Shown here piece by piece: positions 1 through 14,090 of a DNA stretch of 64,000 bases. The stretch is from contig OX597814.1 of assembly GCA_951406725.2 (NCBI GenBank), positions 178,126,001 to 178,190,000 on the forward strand. The letters run 5' to 3'. A model generated the notes under the pieces. The model had not been told where the DNA came from. It worked only from the letters and a program-made list of their open reading frames with translations, and did not search any database. The position numbers were made by a program, and so were the translations under genes. Each line of letters opens with the position of its first letter. Position 1 is the first letter of the stretch. Source of the stretch: Octopus vulgaris (taxonomy: Eukaryota).

Positions 1-154
1 GAACAGGCTAGCAACTGACATTGGGTTACTCATTTACAGAGTTGGAACGCCAAATGTAGTACTTTCCTCAAAAACCCAACGTGCGGCTTGGTCCGTAGAA
101 TTGCACACACGATATAGTGATCATCCATACCGTATCCACTGGGCCACAAGTCTC

Positions 155-156
<2 letters not shown>
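1..156 (-). mobile_element. Degenerate tRNA-derived SINE head (family B)
   Basis: Minus strand reads GGAGACTTGTGGCCCAGTGG (A-box-like), similar to the head of the copy at 31957. Confidence 0.55.
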
Positions 157-200
<44 letters not shown>

Positions 201-768
201 AGTGTGTGTGTGTCTCCTCTCTTGCTCTGGCACCTACTTTCTACACTCCTACCCACCCTCTCCGTTCCACCCTCTCCTTTCATTGTTACCCCCTCTCTCG
301 TTACCCCACCCCTACACATTGCAACCCCACCATCCCTTATACATCTTTCCCACCCCATCCCATTCCTTATATATATATATATTCAAACTACAAACGCCTA
401 CTCATGTGATCGATTACCTACGGACATCCCTATAATCATAAGCGTTAAACTCTCACTACTACAATTTGAGAGTCCACCAAAGGCAGCCATAAAAGCAAAT
501 GCACATATACACCTGTGCATAAGTTTAAAAATTTAGACATCTGCCCAATCCTCTCACTTCAACGCCTCTCTCTCCACATATACCAACCCCATATCCCTAA
601 AAAACAAACCCCGTTTTCCGGTAGTTAAAACCCACTCTGATATCTAGGCAAATGACATCAACTCCCACCGCATTTTGACCCTTTTTGTTTGTCATGTGTC
701 TTATCCCATAAATGTGATTAGATACTTCGTCGTCCAGTCACAAAGGTCCCACTCCGTTTTTTATTATA

Positions 769-847
769 CCGGCTTATCTGGCAAGCACAATCTTAGGTAA
801 ACATCTAATTACCTAATACCCTGTTCGAAATCGACTTGTAAGATCGG
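769..847 (+). ncRNA. Degenerate hammerhead-like motif (probable Penelope-like terminus relic)
   Basis: CCGGCTTAT-CTGGCAA ... TTAGGTAA/TTACCTAA stem II ... GAAA-TCGACTTG-TA-AGATCGG; core deviates from CTGANGA at two positions. Confidence 0.35.
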
Positions 848-1003
848 CTGAAATGCATCTATAATACTTGATTAATATACTTTCCCATGACAAATATGTA
901 CAAGAGTATATTTAATAGAGCATTAGACAATATAGATATATGTGTATGTGTGCGCGCGCGTGTGTGTGTGTGCATACAATCTTGTTTTAATGCAGTGCAC
1001 ATC

Positions 1004-1107
<104 letters not shown>

Positions 1108-1531
1108 TACACACGCGTGGACATACACACAAACTTTAAACGTACACGCAAACACAAACAGATACGCACATACACACATATATGTTGGGTACCTCTGTTC
1201 ATATGCGCATCCATATATACGTAAGAAAGTCTGCAGTTACTCTATCCAGACTATAACTTAGAGATTTCTTGCAATAATGGTTTGAGCACTTGCATACGTG
1301 ACTAACTATCTCCGTACAAATCTTGAGAATCTGAGATTTACGCAACTGTTGAGAACCCGCTTAACCAAGAGATTAGTGTTAAAACCAACAAACTCACTTT
1401 CAAAATATGCAAAACATGAATTTTAACATGTACTAAATGCATCAACAACACATGCAGACGTGCAGCATTTGTTTGTATTACGTACATATGTCAAAGCATA
1501 CACATCCACATAAATAATGGCTTCCATGCAC

Positions 1532-1566
<35 letters not shown>

Positions 1567-1644
1567 TACATATATAAGAATATTTTGCGTAATGAGATAA
1601 AAAAAACAAGGCTGTGTAGATATTAGAAAATTTATAGACAGTAG

Positions 1645-1696
1645 GTCTTACAGCTGTTTCCAGGATATTTATTAATTATATCCCTTCATTGGAGAC
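1645..1696 (-). ncRNA. Minimal type I hammerhead-like motif, mutated core
   Basis: Minus strand: GTCT-CCAATGA-AGGGATAT..ATATCCTG-GAAA-CAGCTG-TA-AGAC; stem I GTCT/AGAC, stem II GGATAT/ATATCC, palindromic stem III ACAGCTGT. Confidence 0.55.
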
Positions 1697-1957
1697 GGTG
1701 TGAGAGTATGGTTAAGTAATAGTTAGTTTAGATAGGATACAAAATAGAGTATGAGGTGGAGGAAAGAAAATAGATGTGATATATGTAGGGATATTGAAGT
1801 TGTAGATCCATTTTTTTGGCAGAATGGTATATATGTAAGATTCCAATACCTTATGAGTAAAATCCAACAGAATTTAAAATGGGTCATTGCAAGTACAGAA
1901 TTTATAAACAGTGTTGTAGAGTTAAAGGTTTTTATTAAATAAATACCTTTATTAAAT

Positions 1958-2167
1958 ATGATGATGATACTGATGATGTTGACGATGATATTAATGATGC
2001 AGATAATGATGATGACAATGATGATGACATGATGATGGTGTGGGTGATGGTGATGAGGATGAAGATGATGGAATGCATGATGATATGATAGTCATGAGAA
2101 CGACGATGACAATCATGATGATGATGATAGAAGGCATGCTGATACTCCTGATGACAATGGGGACGGC

Positions 2168-2204
<37 letters not shown>

Positions 2205-2602
2205 GTAATGATGACGATGTCCATAATCATCATCATCATGCTGGTGGTAATGATGATAAAGCTAATGATGATAATTACGGTGGTGGTGGTAGTGGTGAGA
2301 GTAGTGATGAATGTGATGATGAAGCTGATGCATTGATGAGATGATGGCTTGAACGATGGTGAAGAAGAGGATGATTGTCACTATGACGATATAGGATGAT
2401 TACAATGATGAAAACAATACAACGGGGGAAGAAAACATAACAAGGAAACAATTATAAGAACAAGCAGCAGCAGCACTAAAGACAGCTGGAGTAGAAAGAC
2501 CAGCAGCAGCTCCAGTATTTGTAGTAGTAGTAGTAGGAGTAGCAGCAGCAACAACAACAACAGCAGCAACAGATGCTGTAGGGGCAATTGCATTATTATC
2601 AT
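1958..2602. repeat. Compound trinucleotide low-complexity tract (GAT/ATG, GTG, CAG, TAG, CAA)
   Basis: Visible triplet runs giving poly-M/D/L/I pseudo-ORFs. Confidence 0.9.
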
Positions 2603-2919
2603 AATTCGTAGAAGAAGAGCGAAAATAAATTAAAAGAAAAAAGAAAAAAAGAAATGAAGAAAGAACAGCGAATAATGAACAAGAAATGATTGGGTGAGAA
2701 TTTTATAAATACATTCCATATATTCTTGTACAACCATTCTTTGTTTCGAACTATATTGCTATGGCAACAGAACCGCTACAGTAATGCATTTTGAAGGATC
2801 CAACGGTGAATATAATTTCAAAAAAGGAAAAATGATTACGGGATAATATAATAGAAAAATATGATATACTATGATATAATGTAATATAATACGTATGTAT
2901 GTGCCTCTGTGTGTGTATG

Positions 2920-2979
<60 letters not shown>

Positions 2980-3065
2980 AATGCATATGCGAAGATATAT
3001 TTCATTCATACAATGTGTGCGCGTATTACACTTACATACATGTAAACACACACGTACGAGTGTGG

Positions 3066-3148
<83 letters not shown>

Positions 3149-4156
3149 GTGTGTGTGTGTATGTGAGTGTGTGTGTTTGTAGTAGTTGATAGACAGAGAG
3201 GTAGAGAGACGGACAGACAGAGAGATACATACATACACACATACACAAACACATACACACATACATACATACATACACACATACACACACAAACACACAC
3301 ACACACACACATACATACACACACACACACATACATACATACATACATACATACATCAGAAGGTTCTCGTTTCGTTGATAAGTGTTCAGTTTTTCAACCA
3401 ACCGAGCTCCCTATTTATTGAATTATTGAGTGAACTGTCGAAACTTTTAACATTACTTAAATCTCGTTTATAGTCAGTGTGACACATTGTATGAAACAGG
3501 GACATTAAATTGCGGCATTCCAAATTGCGGCATTCTAGCCTTTCGATCTTATTCATAATGTCTCCAATGCAAGGTATATTTATACCCCCCCCACACACAA
3601 AGTTATTTAATTCCACACGGATAGAAATGTGGAAAAAAAAAAGAAGTTGAAAATACCGTGAGAGTCGTTTAGATTTTATATTCTAAGACTTTTAAACACT
3701 TAACCGGTTTCCCAGATTCCTCTGATTTTCAAAATCTGGGATAGAAAGATGTGGATTTATACTGCAAGTATTTTGCTTCTGTAGACATACGCGCGCATAG
3801 ACACACACTTACAGTATCACACAGATACGCACAGAGGCACACACATACACACATGCGCGCATCTATCTCTCTATATATATTTAATCAAAATGGGAAACAA
3901 GTAACTTTTTTGATATTTATTCCAACACCAAAAATTTTGAAAACTTCCTGTTTTGTTATATGATATCTCTGCAAACAATATTTCCAGGATTTTCATCTCT
4001 AATACGTACCTCACATAAATATAACAACTACACGCCGGATTTTAATACCGGAGTAAGCGAATGAGCTTCCAGAGGACTTATTTAGTATTTTAACCTCATG
4101 TACACTATATATATAAATATAATATATTATGTGTATAAATGTGTTACTTCACGTAC

Positions 4157-4196
<40 letters not shown>

Positions 4197-4199
<3 letters not shown>

Positions 4200-4548
4200 G
4201 AGCAAAACGCCCTTCGTCCAATGGACGATGCTGCGTTGTCAAACATTTAAACCAAATTTTCTCAAAACTTGTCCTTTGAGAAACACTGATTTAATCTAAA
4301 TTTGAGACACCAGCAAAAGAAGAAATAAAGATAGACTTTTTTTCTATTCCAAAGAAAAACGATTTCCCACGGCTTTATCAATCGCATTCTCATGTGGAAT
4401 CGATGTTTGTAATTTTTTCAAGAATTATACACATCCTGATATCGTCAGTATCTTCATATCAAATTTGAGCGCAATCGGAGGATGCCCGAGATCCTAGAAC
4501 ACACACACACACCTACAGACAGACAGAACGGATTTTATATAAGTGATA
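4197..4548 (-). mobile_element. Non-autonomous Helitron-like element
   Basis: Minus strand starts TC..TATATAAAATCCGTTCTGTCTGTCTG and ends in a GC-rich segment plus CTCG|T (degenerate CTAG|T) at a TA tract. Confidence 0.5.
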
Positions 4549-6399
4549 TAGGAGAATAATCGCAAGACCACATAGTTACTTCCATTTCCTTTATGCGTTT
4601 AGTGTGTACATTTGTAACGATTGCGTATGATTTTTTTTAGGTAGAAACCGCTCTATTTACTTTGTAACAACCGAAACTTGGGGTATTGGTGTATAAATTA
4701 ATGATGCTATCATCAGAAAGTATGTATTAAATTCATTCGAAATAGTAGTTCTTAGATTCGAGATTATTCTAATAATATTGGAAACGTATGCATTACGAAG
4801 CAGCCTGTAACTGCACCACCCTCTGTTGGAGTGGAATGTCGCACTGGACACGGAACCAGTAATATCTGGTAAAATGTACTACATCATGATGTACTTGTGA
4901 GTGTGTCTATATATCTCTCTCTCTTTCTTTCTGCCTCTGTGTGTGTGTGTGTGTGTGTCTGCCGGGACAGAGGACTCTCAGCTAACAAATGCTTCGTATA
5001 GACGAGTTAAGATATACCTTGTGCGTAACCACATTTACACATACTGACACCACAAGGACACATACAAATATATATATGAACTAACGTCTATGCATAACAC
5101 ATATTGATATGTATATAAAATAGCAAGAATGCAGATCGCTATTCATGTTTTAATTATAGGCTTATTAAATGTGTATGTCTGTGATCATTTTTAGGTTACA
5201 TATATATGCTATTCTAGAGAAAGTTTCGAAAACAACACAGAAAAACACCGAAAAGTCACTGACAATTAGAGAAAAACTTGTGTTAGTAGAAGTGCAGCTC
5301 TCTTGTAGTGTGGAAGATGTAATGACAATTTTATCTCATCTTTCATGTTTCTGAAAGGTTTCCAAGAAATATTTAAGCCATTGAATGAGTGCCAAATTTC
5401 TTAGACTCTATACTGGTGCGCATCGCATGATGCTGCGTTTGACGATATGCTAGCGTTAAATAAGTGGTCCTTCACTAGGTCATAAGCTGACTAAACAACT
5501 CCTTTATTTCTGATAGGGTTGTCTTCCATACTGATATGTCACAAACTCTGTCATGTTATTGTTTCGTGATTTATGTTTTACGGGTTCTAATTTTGCACCA
5601 TGAGAAAATATTTCCTCTGGTAGGTTATTTTGCCAACAGATAGCAATCATTGCAGATACGCGTCTTTTCTGTATTCGAGTTCTATCATAAACAGTCTGCA
5701 AATTGTGTTTCCAGCATCATAGAAACGTTTGGTACTTTTATTCATTCATCCCCATGCCAAACAGACACATGTCCTGAAAAAGCGAAGTGTCCCAATTTAG
5801 ATATATTGGTAGCATTAAAAAGATAAATAAGTATTATAAGTCGAACACTTTCTTTACTCTCTCTCACCCTCTCTCTCTCTCCATCGCTTACTGTCAGTCT
5901 TTCCTCACACACACATACATGCATATATATATATATAGTGGTCGATAGATAGTTAAATAGACAGACTGTTAGCTTGATACATAAATATATAGCTGATAGA
6001 CAGGCATGTCTGTTCACACACACACATACACATAAGACACACACACACATATATATGTATGTATGTATGTCTGCACATGCATACACACATATATGTGTGT
6101 ATGAACTTACACATATGTCTATGGGTGTTCGCGAACGTGTCTTCTCTTTTCCAGATGTTAAGGGTTCGTGTCCCGTGTAACCAAACATTCTTAGAAAAGA
6201 TGAATACATTACTGTGTATAGAACTTATTTCGTGAATTCGAATGAACATTATAACCTGATAACTAACAGCATCCTTCTGGATAATTAGAGAAAGCTATAT
6301 TAACAAAATTTAAAAGTTTGTATGTTGTATATCATTGTTTATGGTTCTAATAATTGAAATGACTCAGGCTGAGGGGGAGATAAACATATTGTAATTGAT

Positions 6400-6549
6400 T
6401 GGTAGCTCAGCTGGTATTTACTTTATCGACCCCCAAAAAACGGAAGCAAAGTCGACTTCTGCGGAAAGAGAACTCGGGCTATAAAACATAGACGAAATGC
6501 TACAAAGCATGTTACCCACCTGTTACCAACTCTGACAGATCATCGTCTT
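6400..6549 (-). mobile_element. SINE family A, degenerate
   Basis: Reverse complement of the GTCGACTTTGC..GGGGTCGATAAA..ACCAG core shared with the 24980 copy. Confidence 0.7.
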
Positions 6550-6696
6550 GTATATTTATACACACACACACACATAATCACACACACACAAACACACACA
6601 CATGTATGTATATATGTCTGTGTGATTGTGTGTATGTATGTGTGTATGTATGCTTGTAGGTATAGATAGACAGACAGATAGAAATAAATGAATATA

Positions 6697-6908
6697 CAGG
6701 ATGGCCCTAAAGTAGATTTACAGCTATCACGTAGGCATTTTAAATGTCTTTTAAAACATTTTATTACATTTAAATATCTATCTTACAATTAACTAAATTA
6801 GCATAGAATAATGGCTCCATATATTTTTATAATTAAGATCTCATCTATTAACATATGAATGCCAAAGAGATAGTTGAATAACTGTAAACCTACTTTTGGG
6901 CCACTCTG
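6697..6908. mobile_element. Tc1/mariner-type MITE
   Basis: Imperfect ~28 bp TIRs CAGGATGGCCCTAAAGTAGATTTACAG / CTGTAAACCTACTTTTGGGCCACTCTG; TA on the left flank; no coding capacity. Confidence 0.8.
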
Positions 6909-7645
6909 TGTGTACGTACATTTAAAACCATATATATGTAGCATATATCATGCGATTTTTTTCTTGAGAAAGATTTTGTCAGAATGTGTAGGAGTTTTTG
7001 TGTTGGCATTAACATCACATAAGACCTAATTAAGTTTTTGAACTGTTATAAAACTAATGCGAACATAATATTCTTTATGTAAATGTTGGTGTTTAAAGAA
7101 AGAAAAATACTTTGCTTTGCGATAGCACAATAATTTTTGTCATCACAAAACCGAACAAGAACTCAAATAGATTAGTTGACATTGCTAACTTTATCATTTA
7201 ATCCGACAATTACATATCCAACATGCTAACTTTGTTGAAGCACTTATCAGTAAGTTTCTTGCCAAGCATTTTATTATATTCAAATTAGTAGAGTTTTCAT
7301 GTAATTTTTAATACTATTATTAGTATTGATAGTTTTATTTAAGTCTTTGCAATGCCACCAACCTACTAATAATCATATTATTAATAACGTTGATGATGTT
7401 AATGATAATGATAATAAAAAAATGCAATAATGTATGGACTGTGATGATAATGTTAATAATAATAAAAACATTAACTGTTGCATTAGTATTATAGCCATCA
7501 TTTTCCATATACAATAATGTTTAATTGGTTTGATGACTACAGGAATACCATCCCAGATCAGAAGATCAGCAGTGGTATCAAATGGTCTTTTATTGCCAGT
7601 TTAGCGTTATATCTCTCTTCATCACAAGCGCTAACATAGATTCCA

Positions 7646-7682
<37 letters not shown>

Positions 7683-7685
7683 CAA

Positions 7686-7898
7686 AGCGGCTAGCTGGCA
7701 GAATAGTTAGCACGCCACGCGAAATGCTAAGTGGTATTTCTCCCATTGCTAATTCTGAATACAAGTTCCGCCAAGGTCGAATTTGTCTTTTGTCCCTTCG
7801 CATCGATAAATTAAGTACCATTTGAGTACTAGGGTCGATTTAATCGGTTAGTCCCCTCCCCACAAATTTTAGGCCTTCTGCTTATAATAGAAAGGATT
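7686..7898 (+). mobile_element. SINE family A
   Basis: GCGGCTAGCTGGCAGAATAGTTAGCACGCC head and GATAAATTAAGTACCA core, as in other copies. Confidence 0.85.
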
Positions 7899-7926
7899 AT
7901 CATCATCATCATCATTATTATTATTA

Positions 7927-8506
7927 TTCAGTTGTTCTATTTTTATAACGTGCTTTCACTTCACTACCGAGCGCAACTCTGAGTGTTTTGGGTATGTGCT
8001 GTGGTTTGCTCTAATGTTCTTATAGTTACTGTATTGAAAGAGTTTTGCGTAGGATGTGTGCAGTGCCTAGTAGTGTAATTTTCTGTATGTTATATACATT
8101 TTAAAGCCCTGCTTTTGTTATGTATTTGTCTGAATATTTTGTTTTTATCATACATAATTTTTGAAAGTTTCTCCATTTCTTTTAGAGAAACGTTGTCATC
8201 TGCTGGTATTGGTACATCTTTATGATCTTTGACAACTATATCTGGTATATTGGCCTTAATTTCTCTATCTGTGTGTATTAGTATATCCGGATAGTTTTGT
8301 TGCTTTCTCATTTTCTGTGAACTTTTCTGGCGCATGCCTGTACCATCCTTTTTGTGCCTATACCATCCGTTGTTATTCCATAGTATTGGTGTAGCTTCCA
8401 GTGTATGTAGGTCCCAACTCTGTCGTGTCTGTGAATATATTCCTTGTTAGCCAGGACTGGGCAGCCAGAGATAATATGATTTATTGTTTCTTGTCCATCT
8501 CCGCAT
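7927..8506 (-). mobile_element. 3' fragment of an R4/Dong-type non-LTR retrotransposon (CCHC plus restriction-like endonuclease), degraded
   Basis: Minus-strand translation CGDGQETINHIISGCPVLANKEYIHRHDRVG, HTDREIKANIPDIVVKDHK..DVPIPADDNVSLKEMEKLSK, and C-terminal IQKITLLGTAHILRKTLSIQ*; (TTA)n on both flanks. Confidence 0.85.
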
Positions 8507-8511
8507 TATTA

Positions 8512-8546
<35 letters not shown>

Positions 8547-8987
8547 TATTATTAATATTCAAGAAACACTTTTTTGTATTAGAAATCCATTTAATAAATG
8601 GGTTGTACGATAAAATAGTTACTTCCTTGTCACTCACATTAGAATTTTCAAAATTGTTGTCGCTTTAGTATCTAACCATTTAACTGGGATTAAAAAGCTT
8701 ATCGCGGTATTGTGAAAATCAGCTGATAATGCGTATCATTCAAACATTTAGTGAAAGCAATATTCAGGAATTTGACTTTAACAAAAACAAAAAAACAAAG
8801 TAAATCTCAAACCGTTAAACAAAATGCTGCAGCCAGAGCAATTAAATAGGATAGGTAAGTCATATCATATAGTAATGACTGAGCATCGTTTCCGTGATAC
8901 CATTCAACCCTTGACTGGAGATCGATAAACGATGTGTCTTATCTGGTTTGAAACTTACATGCATACATAAATACATACGTGTGTATG

Positions 8988-9053
<66 letters not shown>

Positions 9054-9179
9054 CATACTTACATACATATATGTGTATATATAACGGGAAGATTTACGAA
9101 AATAAACAAAAGACGAAGGCAGTTGGAGTACAAACAAACAAATGTATTAGTATGGCGCTCAGGAATAGAAATAGAACAA

Positions 9180-9220
9180 GTCTTTTTACGTTTCGAGCCT
9201 ACGCTCTTCGACAGAAAGAT
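9180..9220 (-). ncRNA. Minimal type I hammerhead-like motif in a short TA-flanked repeat (about 9085-9297)
   Basis: Minus strand: TCTTT-CTGTCGA-A-GAGC-GTAG-GCTC-GAAA-CG-TA-AAAAGA; palindromic ACGT stem III. Confidence 0.6.
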
Positions 9221-9294
9221 ACACAGAAAAAAAACAATGACAGAAACAAGGAGAGAAAAAAAATGCGTGTAGGAGCTAACGATCTATCATGGCG

Positions 9295-9355
<61 letters not shown>

Positions 9356-9403
9356 TGTGTATATATACATATATGTGTATATATACATATATATATATAT
9401 AAA

Positions 9404-9730
9404 AAGGGTAAAGACCCCCTTCGGTCATGAATGACCATGGGATTGCACCTAGAAAGTTACCCTCCTAGACACAAGTCCGGGCAAGGTTGTTTATGGAAGA
9501 CCAGCAGTCGCCCATGCATACCAGCCTCCCTCTCCACGCCACCAGTGTTATCCAAGGGAAAGACAAAGGTCGATACAGCTTGGCACCAGTGACGTCGCAA
9601 CTCATTTCTACAGCTGAGTGAACTGGAGCAACGTGAAATAAAGTGCTTTGCTCAAGAACACAACACGCAGCCCGGTCCGGGATTCGAGCTCACAACCTCA
9701 CGATCGTAAGCTCGACGCTCTAACCACTGA

Positions 9731-9735
<5 letters not shown>
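9404..9735 (-). mobile_element. tRNA-derived SINE (family B-related head)
   Basis: Minus strand TGGCTCAGTGGTTAGAGCG (A box) and TGTGAGCTCGAATCCC (B box), then CTTGAGCAAAGCACTTTATTTCACG. Confidence 0.9.
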
Positions 9736-9783
<48 letters not shown>

Positions 9784-9849
9784 CTGTTCGTCTGTGTGTA
9801 TATACATATATTATAGATAGATAGATAAGGATACGTAAGGTAGGTTTAT

Positions 9850-9906
9850 GGGCTTATCCTAGGTTTCACATCCACAAAGTGCTTAACTTTAGATTCTTCT
9901 GACCCT
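9850..9906 (-). ncRNA. Degenerate hammerhead-like motif
   Basis: Minus strand: AGGGT-CAGAAGA-ATCTAAAGT-TAAGC-ACTTTGTGGATGT-GAAA-CCTAGG-ATA-AGCCC; palindromic CCTAGG stem III. Confidence 0.45.
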
Positions 9907-10581
9907 AAATTCGTTGGTCTATAACCTCTATAGCATGTAGCATCTTTAGAAAATGGAAGAGGAAAAGACTTACTATATTTCAAGAACAAGGGATCGTCTC
10001 CTTTTGACTGCTATCTGTAAATTACCCTGTTGGTTGATGGATCTCAGGACGCAAGCAGGGTCCGAAGACTACCGTCCTAGTTATTAGAATGTTACCCGTG
10101 TCAAGGGAGTCCTTTTATTTTAAAGGAGTCCCAATGTGTATGTGTGTGGTGGGAGTGGGGAATAGTGTATAGGAATTTATAAATCAGCGTTCATCAGCTA
10201 AGTTGTTATAGCAGCAGCAAAATTGCTTTACAAGAAGAATTTTGTCATTTTGCATTCCGGTTTCAAGGTGAACCATGGTTGAATTTGTCATTCATTATTC
10301 CAGTGCCGATAAACAAAGTACCAGTCCAGTTGTTCCTTCTCATTCTCTTACCTATTTGTCCTCTTTCCCTAATTCTTGAAGAAATTCACTGTCGTAAAGG
10401 GTAAGGAGGAACAGGCTCAATCAAGCCTACAATTGCTGGAGATATGCAATGGCAGCGCAATTTTTGAGTAATTTCGGAGAGAGAGAAGAGAAAATGGATG
10501 CACAGTGTAGCAAATATATGCCGCAACGAAAACAGTGAAAGAAAGAATACAAGATCTAAAATAATGAATTATATACACACA

Positions 10582-10647
<66 letters not shown>

Positions 10648-10717
10648 TATACATATATATATACATATGCATACATGCTAATGTGTATGACTATATATAT
10701 ATATAGATGTATGTATG

Positions 10718-10752
<35 letters not shown>

Positions 10753-13219
10753 TATACGCATGCATACACACACACATATATATATGTATATATATATGCA
10801 TACGCACACAGACGCACTCATGCGCACACAGATATATATGTATATGGAAATCAACTGAAAGTCTTTTGAGGTATAGTCTTGTCTTGTATGTGCGAATACG
10901 CAATAAAATATCCGTTACATATGCATTGTTTCTGACCTTTTGAAATTGCTATGAGCACGTATTTCTATAGACTTCGTTCCTACTTCATTAAATGATACAG
11001 AATGTGAAAGTAAATACCAGAGGTTGGGAGGTGACGAGATGATGAAAATTTGGATCTGTCAAATATTTCTCTGCTGCTCCATCTAACATTTTCCCTTTCT
11101 TCTATCTATCTTTTTTACCGTCCTTTTCTTTTAGATTTATATCACTCTTTCTTTCTCTTTGTAGATATTCTTTCTAGATATTCAGATGTTTCGCCTAAAG
11201 AAATATAATTTCCATTAGTAGAGCAAAAGAAATTTTCTGATGATTGGAGTGCAACCTTATAAATGAAAATGTTCCAATATGTCAGAGTCAGAATCTTGTG
11301 AGGTAGAAAGATTGTCCAAACACGTTGATGAGAAGAAGAACTATAAATGATTTACAGTCATATACATGAAAAGTGCATGTTGACAACATCAATAAGCATA
11401 TTTTATTAATATTTGTTTGTAAAATTTAATATAGATGGTCGAAGGCTATGTAGCAAACGGAATTCCACGATTAGGTTTTGGCTCCTAGCAGAATATTATA
11501 TCTGCTACAATACTAAAGTATGAAGAAATGCACTAACACCACAGTATATCACCGCCTCTACTCTTAAATATAGGAACTGCTTCTCCATCAAAAGAAACCA
11601 ATATTTCACAACATAGAAAGTTTATTCGTTTCTCGGTAACGATATGCATGATACAGAGTGCGTATGAAGTTTAATTATTTCGGAAATTTATTCTCTTACT
11701 ATAAAATTTGCAGATAACATTAATGTCTGACAGGTAAGAATTAAATACGACTGTATGGCATTCATGCTTTTCTAAGGGAAAATTGTTAGCTAAGTGAAAT
11801 GAAAGTCAATGGAAAACAGCGTTCCGATTCTGAGTGAGCTTAAATCTGTCGCTACGACGTCACACAGTATTCTTCAAAAGTATGTACCTAAGAAAGAAAA
11901 TAAATGTTTACTTTCCAATCCCCAGTGAAAACTATTGGTAGAAAAGATTAGAATCAGTCTCCTAAGAACTTTTAAATCTTATTTATTTACTCCTCACCGA
12001 GACGATTTTTTCTAACAGCCGCTGGGTCAGTGGGAATGCAAAACATTACACATTCGGTAAAATAAAAAAATACATGATTAATGTTGTTTTGCAAACTCTC
12101 AATTCTTAATTCTATTTGTAAGTATTTTAAGTTACTTTAAGAAATAAACAACTCTCTTATAAAGAGAGCAAATTCTCATTTTGTTACGCCAATTCAGGTT
12201 GAAGTTTATGTAGAAAAAAATATTACGAAAGTAATTTTTTTCTAAAAATAAAGAATGGTGTCTCATAGGGACAATGAAAGACCACTCATGTGATGCATAA
12301 TTTAGAGTTCTATCAATAATGAATTTCAAGATGGCAGCATTCAACTATTTCTTTTAACTAACATAATTATTACCAAAGTCGAGACAAATAGTCTGTATTG
12401 GAAGTTGTTCAGATATTTGATTTCTGATAGAGTAAATATGACAAAAAGACTACTGCAATGAACGCGATTTCTTCCACGGAACTATATAACGTAACAACTG
12501 TAAAAATGCTATGCCTTCATTTTGTTACTTATTTTTTGCTGTTGCACAGGTTTCTCACACCAACTCGGCATTAATCTATTACTAAAACAACGTATTCATC
12601 TTGGTGTAAAGGTGTTTCACCTGTCACCACACAGCAAATTACAATTTACTATTAAAACACTTGTATGCACGCAAAATTTTATTCGTGCGGTTAGAATATG
12701 TTGTCCTTAAACATCATTCAAAAACTGTTCATACTACATGGTGTCTTGCAAACATTGAAACACATAGAAACATTGTTACACACATTCACTCAAAAGCATA
12801 AACATGAACAGGTATACACATGCCCCTCTTTCACTTTTCCTCTCTCTATATATATGTAGTTTTTTATGAAACAAGTAGACTCTAAGTGGTATACCGACAT
12901 TAGAATTTTACAGCTCACCATTCTTTAACGTTTTCACGAATTACTACTGTTCATATTTTCCTTCATAAATATCGCAATATTGTATTACTGTCTGAGATGT
13001 GTTACAACGCTAAGTAATTCATACATAAATGATTACTAATTAATAAATGATTTAGTTTCCTTTTTCAACCACAAATATTTCCCTAGCACTAGACAAATGT
13101 GCAATCACAGTTCTTTCAAATCACTTTACTTCAAAACTTCATTCCTTTTGAAATCAGTGGACGTGTTTTTAATCTCCTTTACAAACCTGGCAATATAGGG
13201 TCATTGATATATCAGTTTC

Positions 13220-13253
<34 letters not shown>

Positions 13254-13284
13254 ACAGAAAGAGAGAGAGAGGGGAGAGAGTTTA

Positions 13285-13395
13285 CGAAAAAAACAAAAAA
13301 CCAAGACAGGTGCTGTACAAAACAAACAGTTGTATTAGTATAACGCTCAGGAATAGAAATACGTTTCGAGAATACGCTCTTTTACAGAAAGTGGC
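13285..13395 (-). mobile_element. Second, more decayed copy of the 9085-9297 hammerhead-bearing repeat
   Basis: Shares TGTATTAGTAT..CGCTCAGGAATAGAAAT and ACGTTTCGAG..TACGCTCT; core decayed to CTGTAAA. Confidence 0.7.
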
Positions 13396-13398
13396 TAA

Positions 13399-13457
<59 letters not shown>

Positions 13458-13560
13458 CGGCGGTGCATCAGCATGGCCGCAGCTCTGAGCTAAACTAGAA
13501 AAAATATATATATACACACATATATATATACATACATATATATATACATACATATATATA

Positions 13561-13594
<34 letters not shown>

Positions 13595-13627
13595 ATATAT
13601 ATATATATATGTATATGAACAGATAGA

Positions 13628-13660
<33 letters not shown>

Positions 13661-13999
13661 TGAAAGATATAGATATATATTCACCCAATGACGCAACGGT
13701 CTACATCGATAGAAACACCAAGGCATACCTTAAAATAAATTTGTCACGAAGACGACATACCAGCCATTGACGCATCAATGTATGGATAATTGTAAACAGT
13801 GAATAGCTCAATTCTAACATTCAACATCCGCAAAAATATACTTTAGGATTAGAAACAAAACGTTAAGTCCTTATATATATAAGAATCAGAAATCACTGCT
13901 ACAAACGCACTTGATGTTTGTTCTTTACTCGTTTATTAAGAAGAAAATTTATCTCTCTCTCTCTTTCCATAACTATCTATCTATCTATACACACACACA

Positions 14000-14090
<91 letters not shown>

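Noticed and set aside
380-450. YSNYKRLLM*SI, reminiscent of a Penelope GIY-YIG C-terminus upstream of the 769 motif
   Set aside because: Too short and interrupted by a stop to call without a profile search
3507-3536. Short tandem duplications (also 39228-39263, 45440-45470, 33358-33383)
   Set aside because: Two-copy slippage events with no spacers; not CRISPR-like or otherwise organised
3700-3745. CCCAGATT/AATCTGGG hairpin followed on the minus strand by GAAACCGGTT
   Set aside because: No convincing CUGANGA or stem I
10039-10079. Possible H-type pseudoknot (GGATCT/GGGTCC and AGGACG/CGTCCT)
   Set aside because: No room for P3/L3 of an HDV fold; single copy and could be chance
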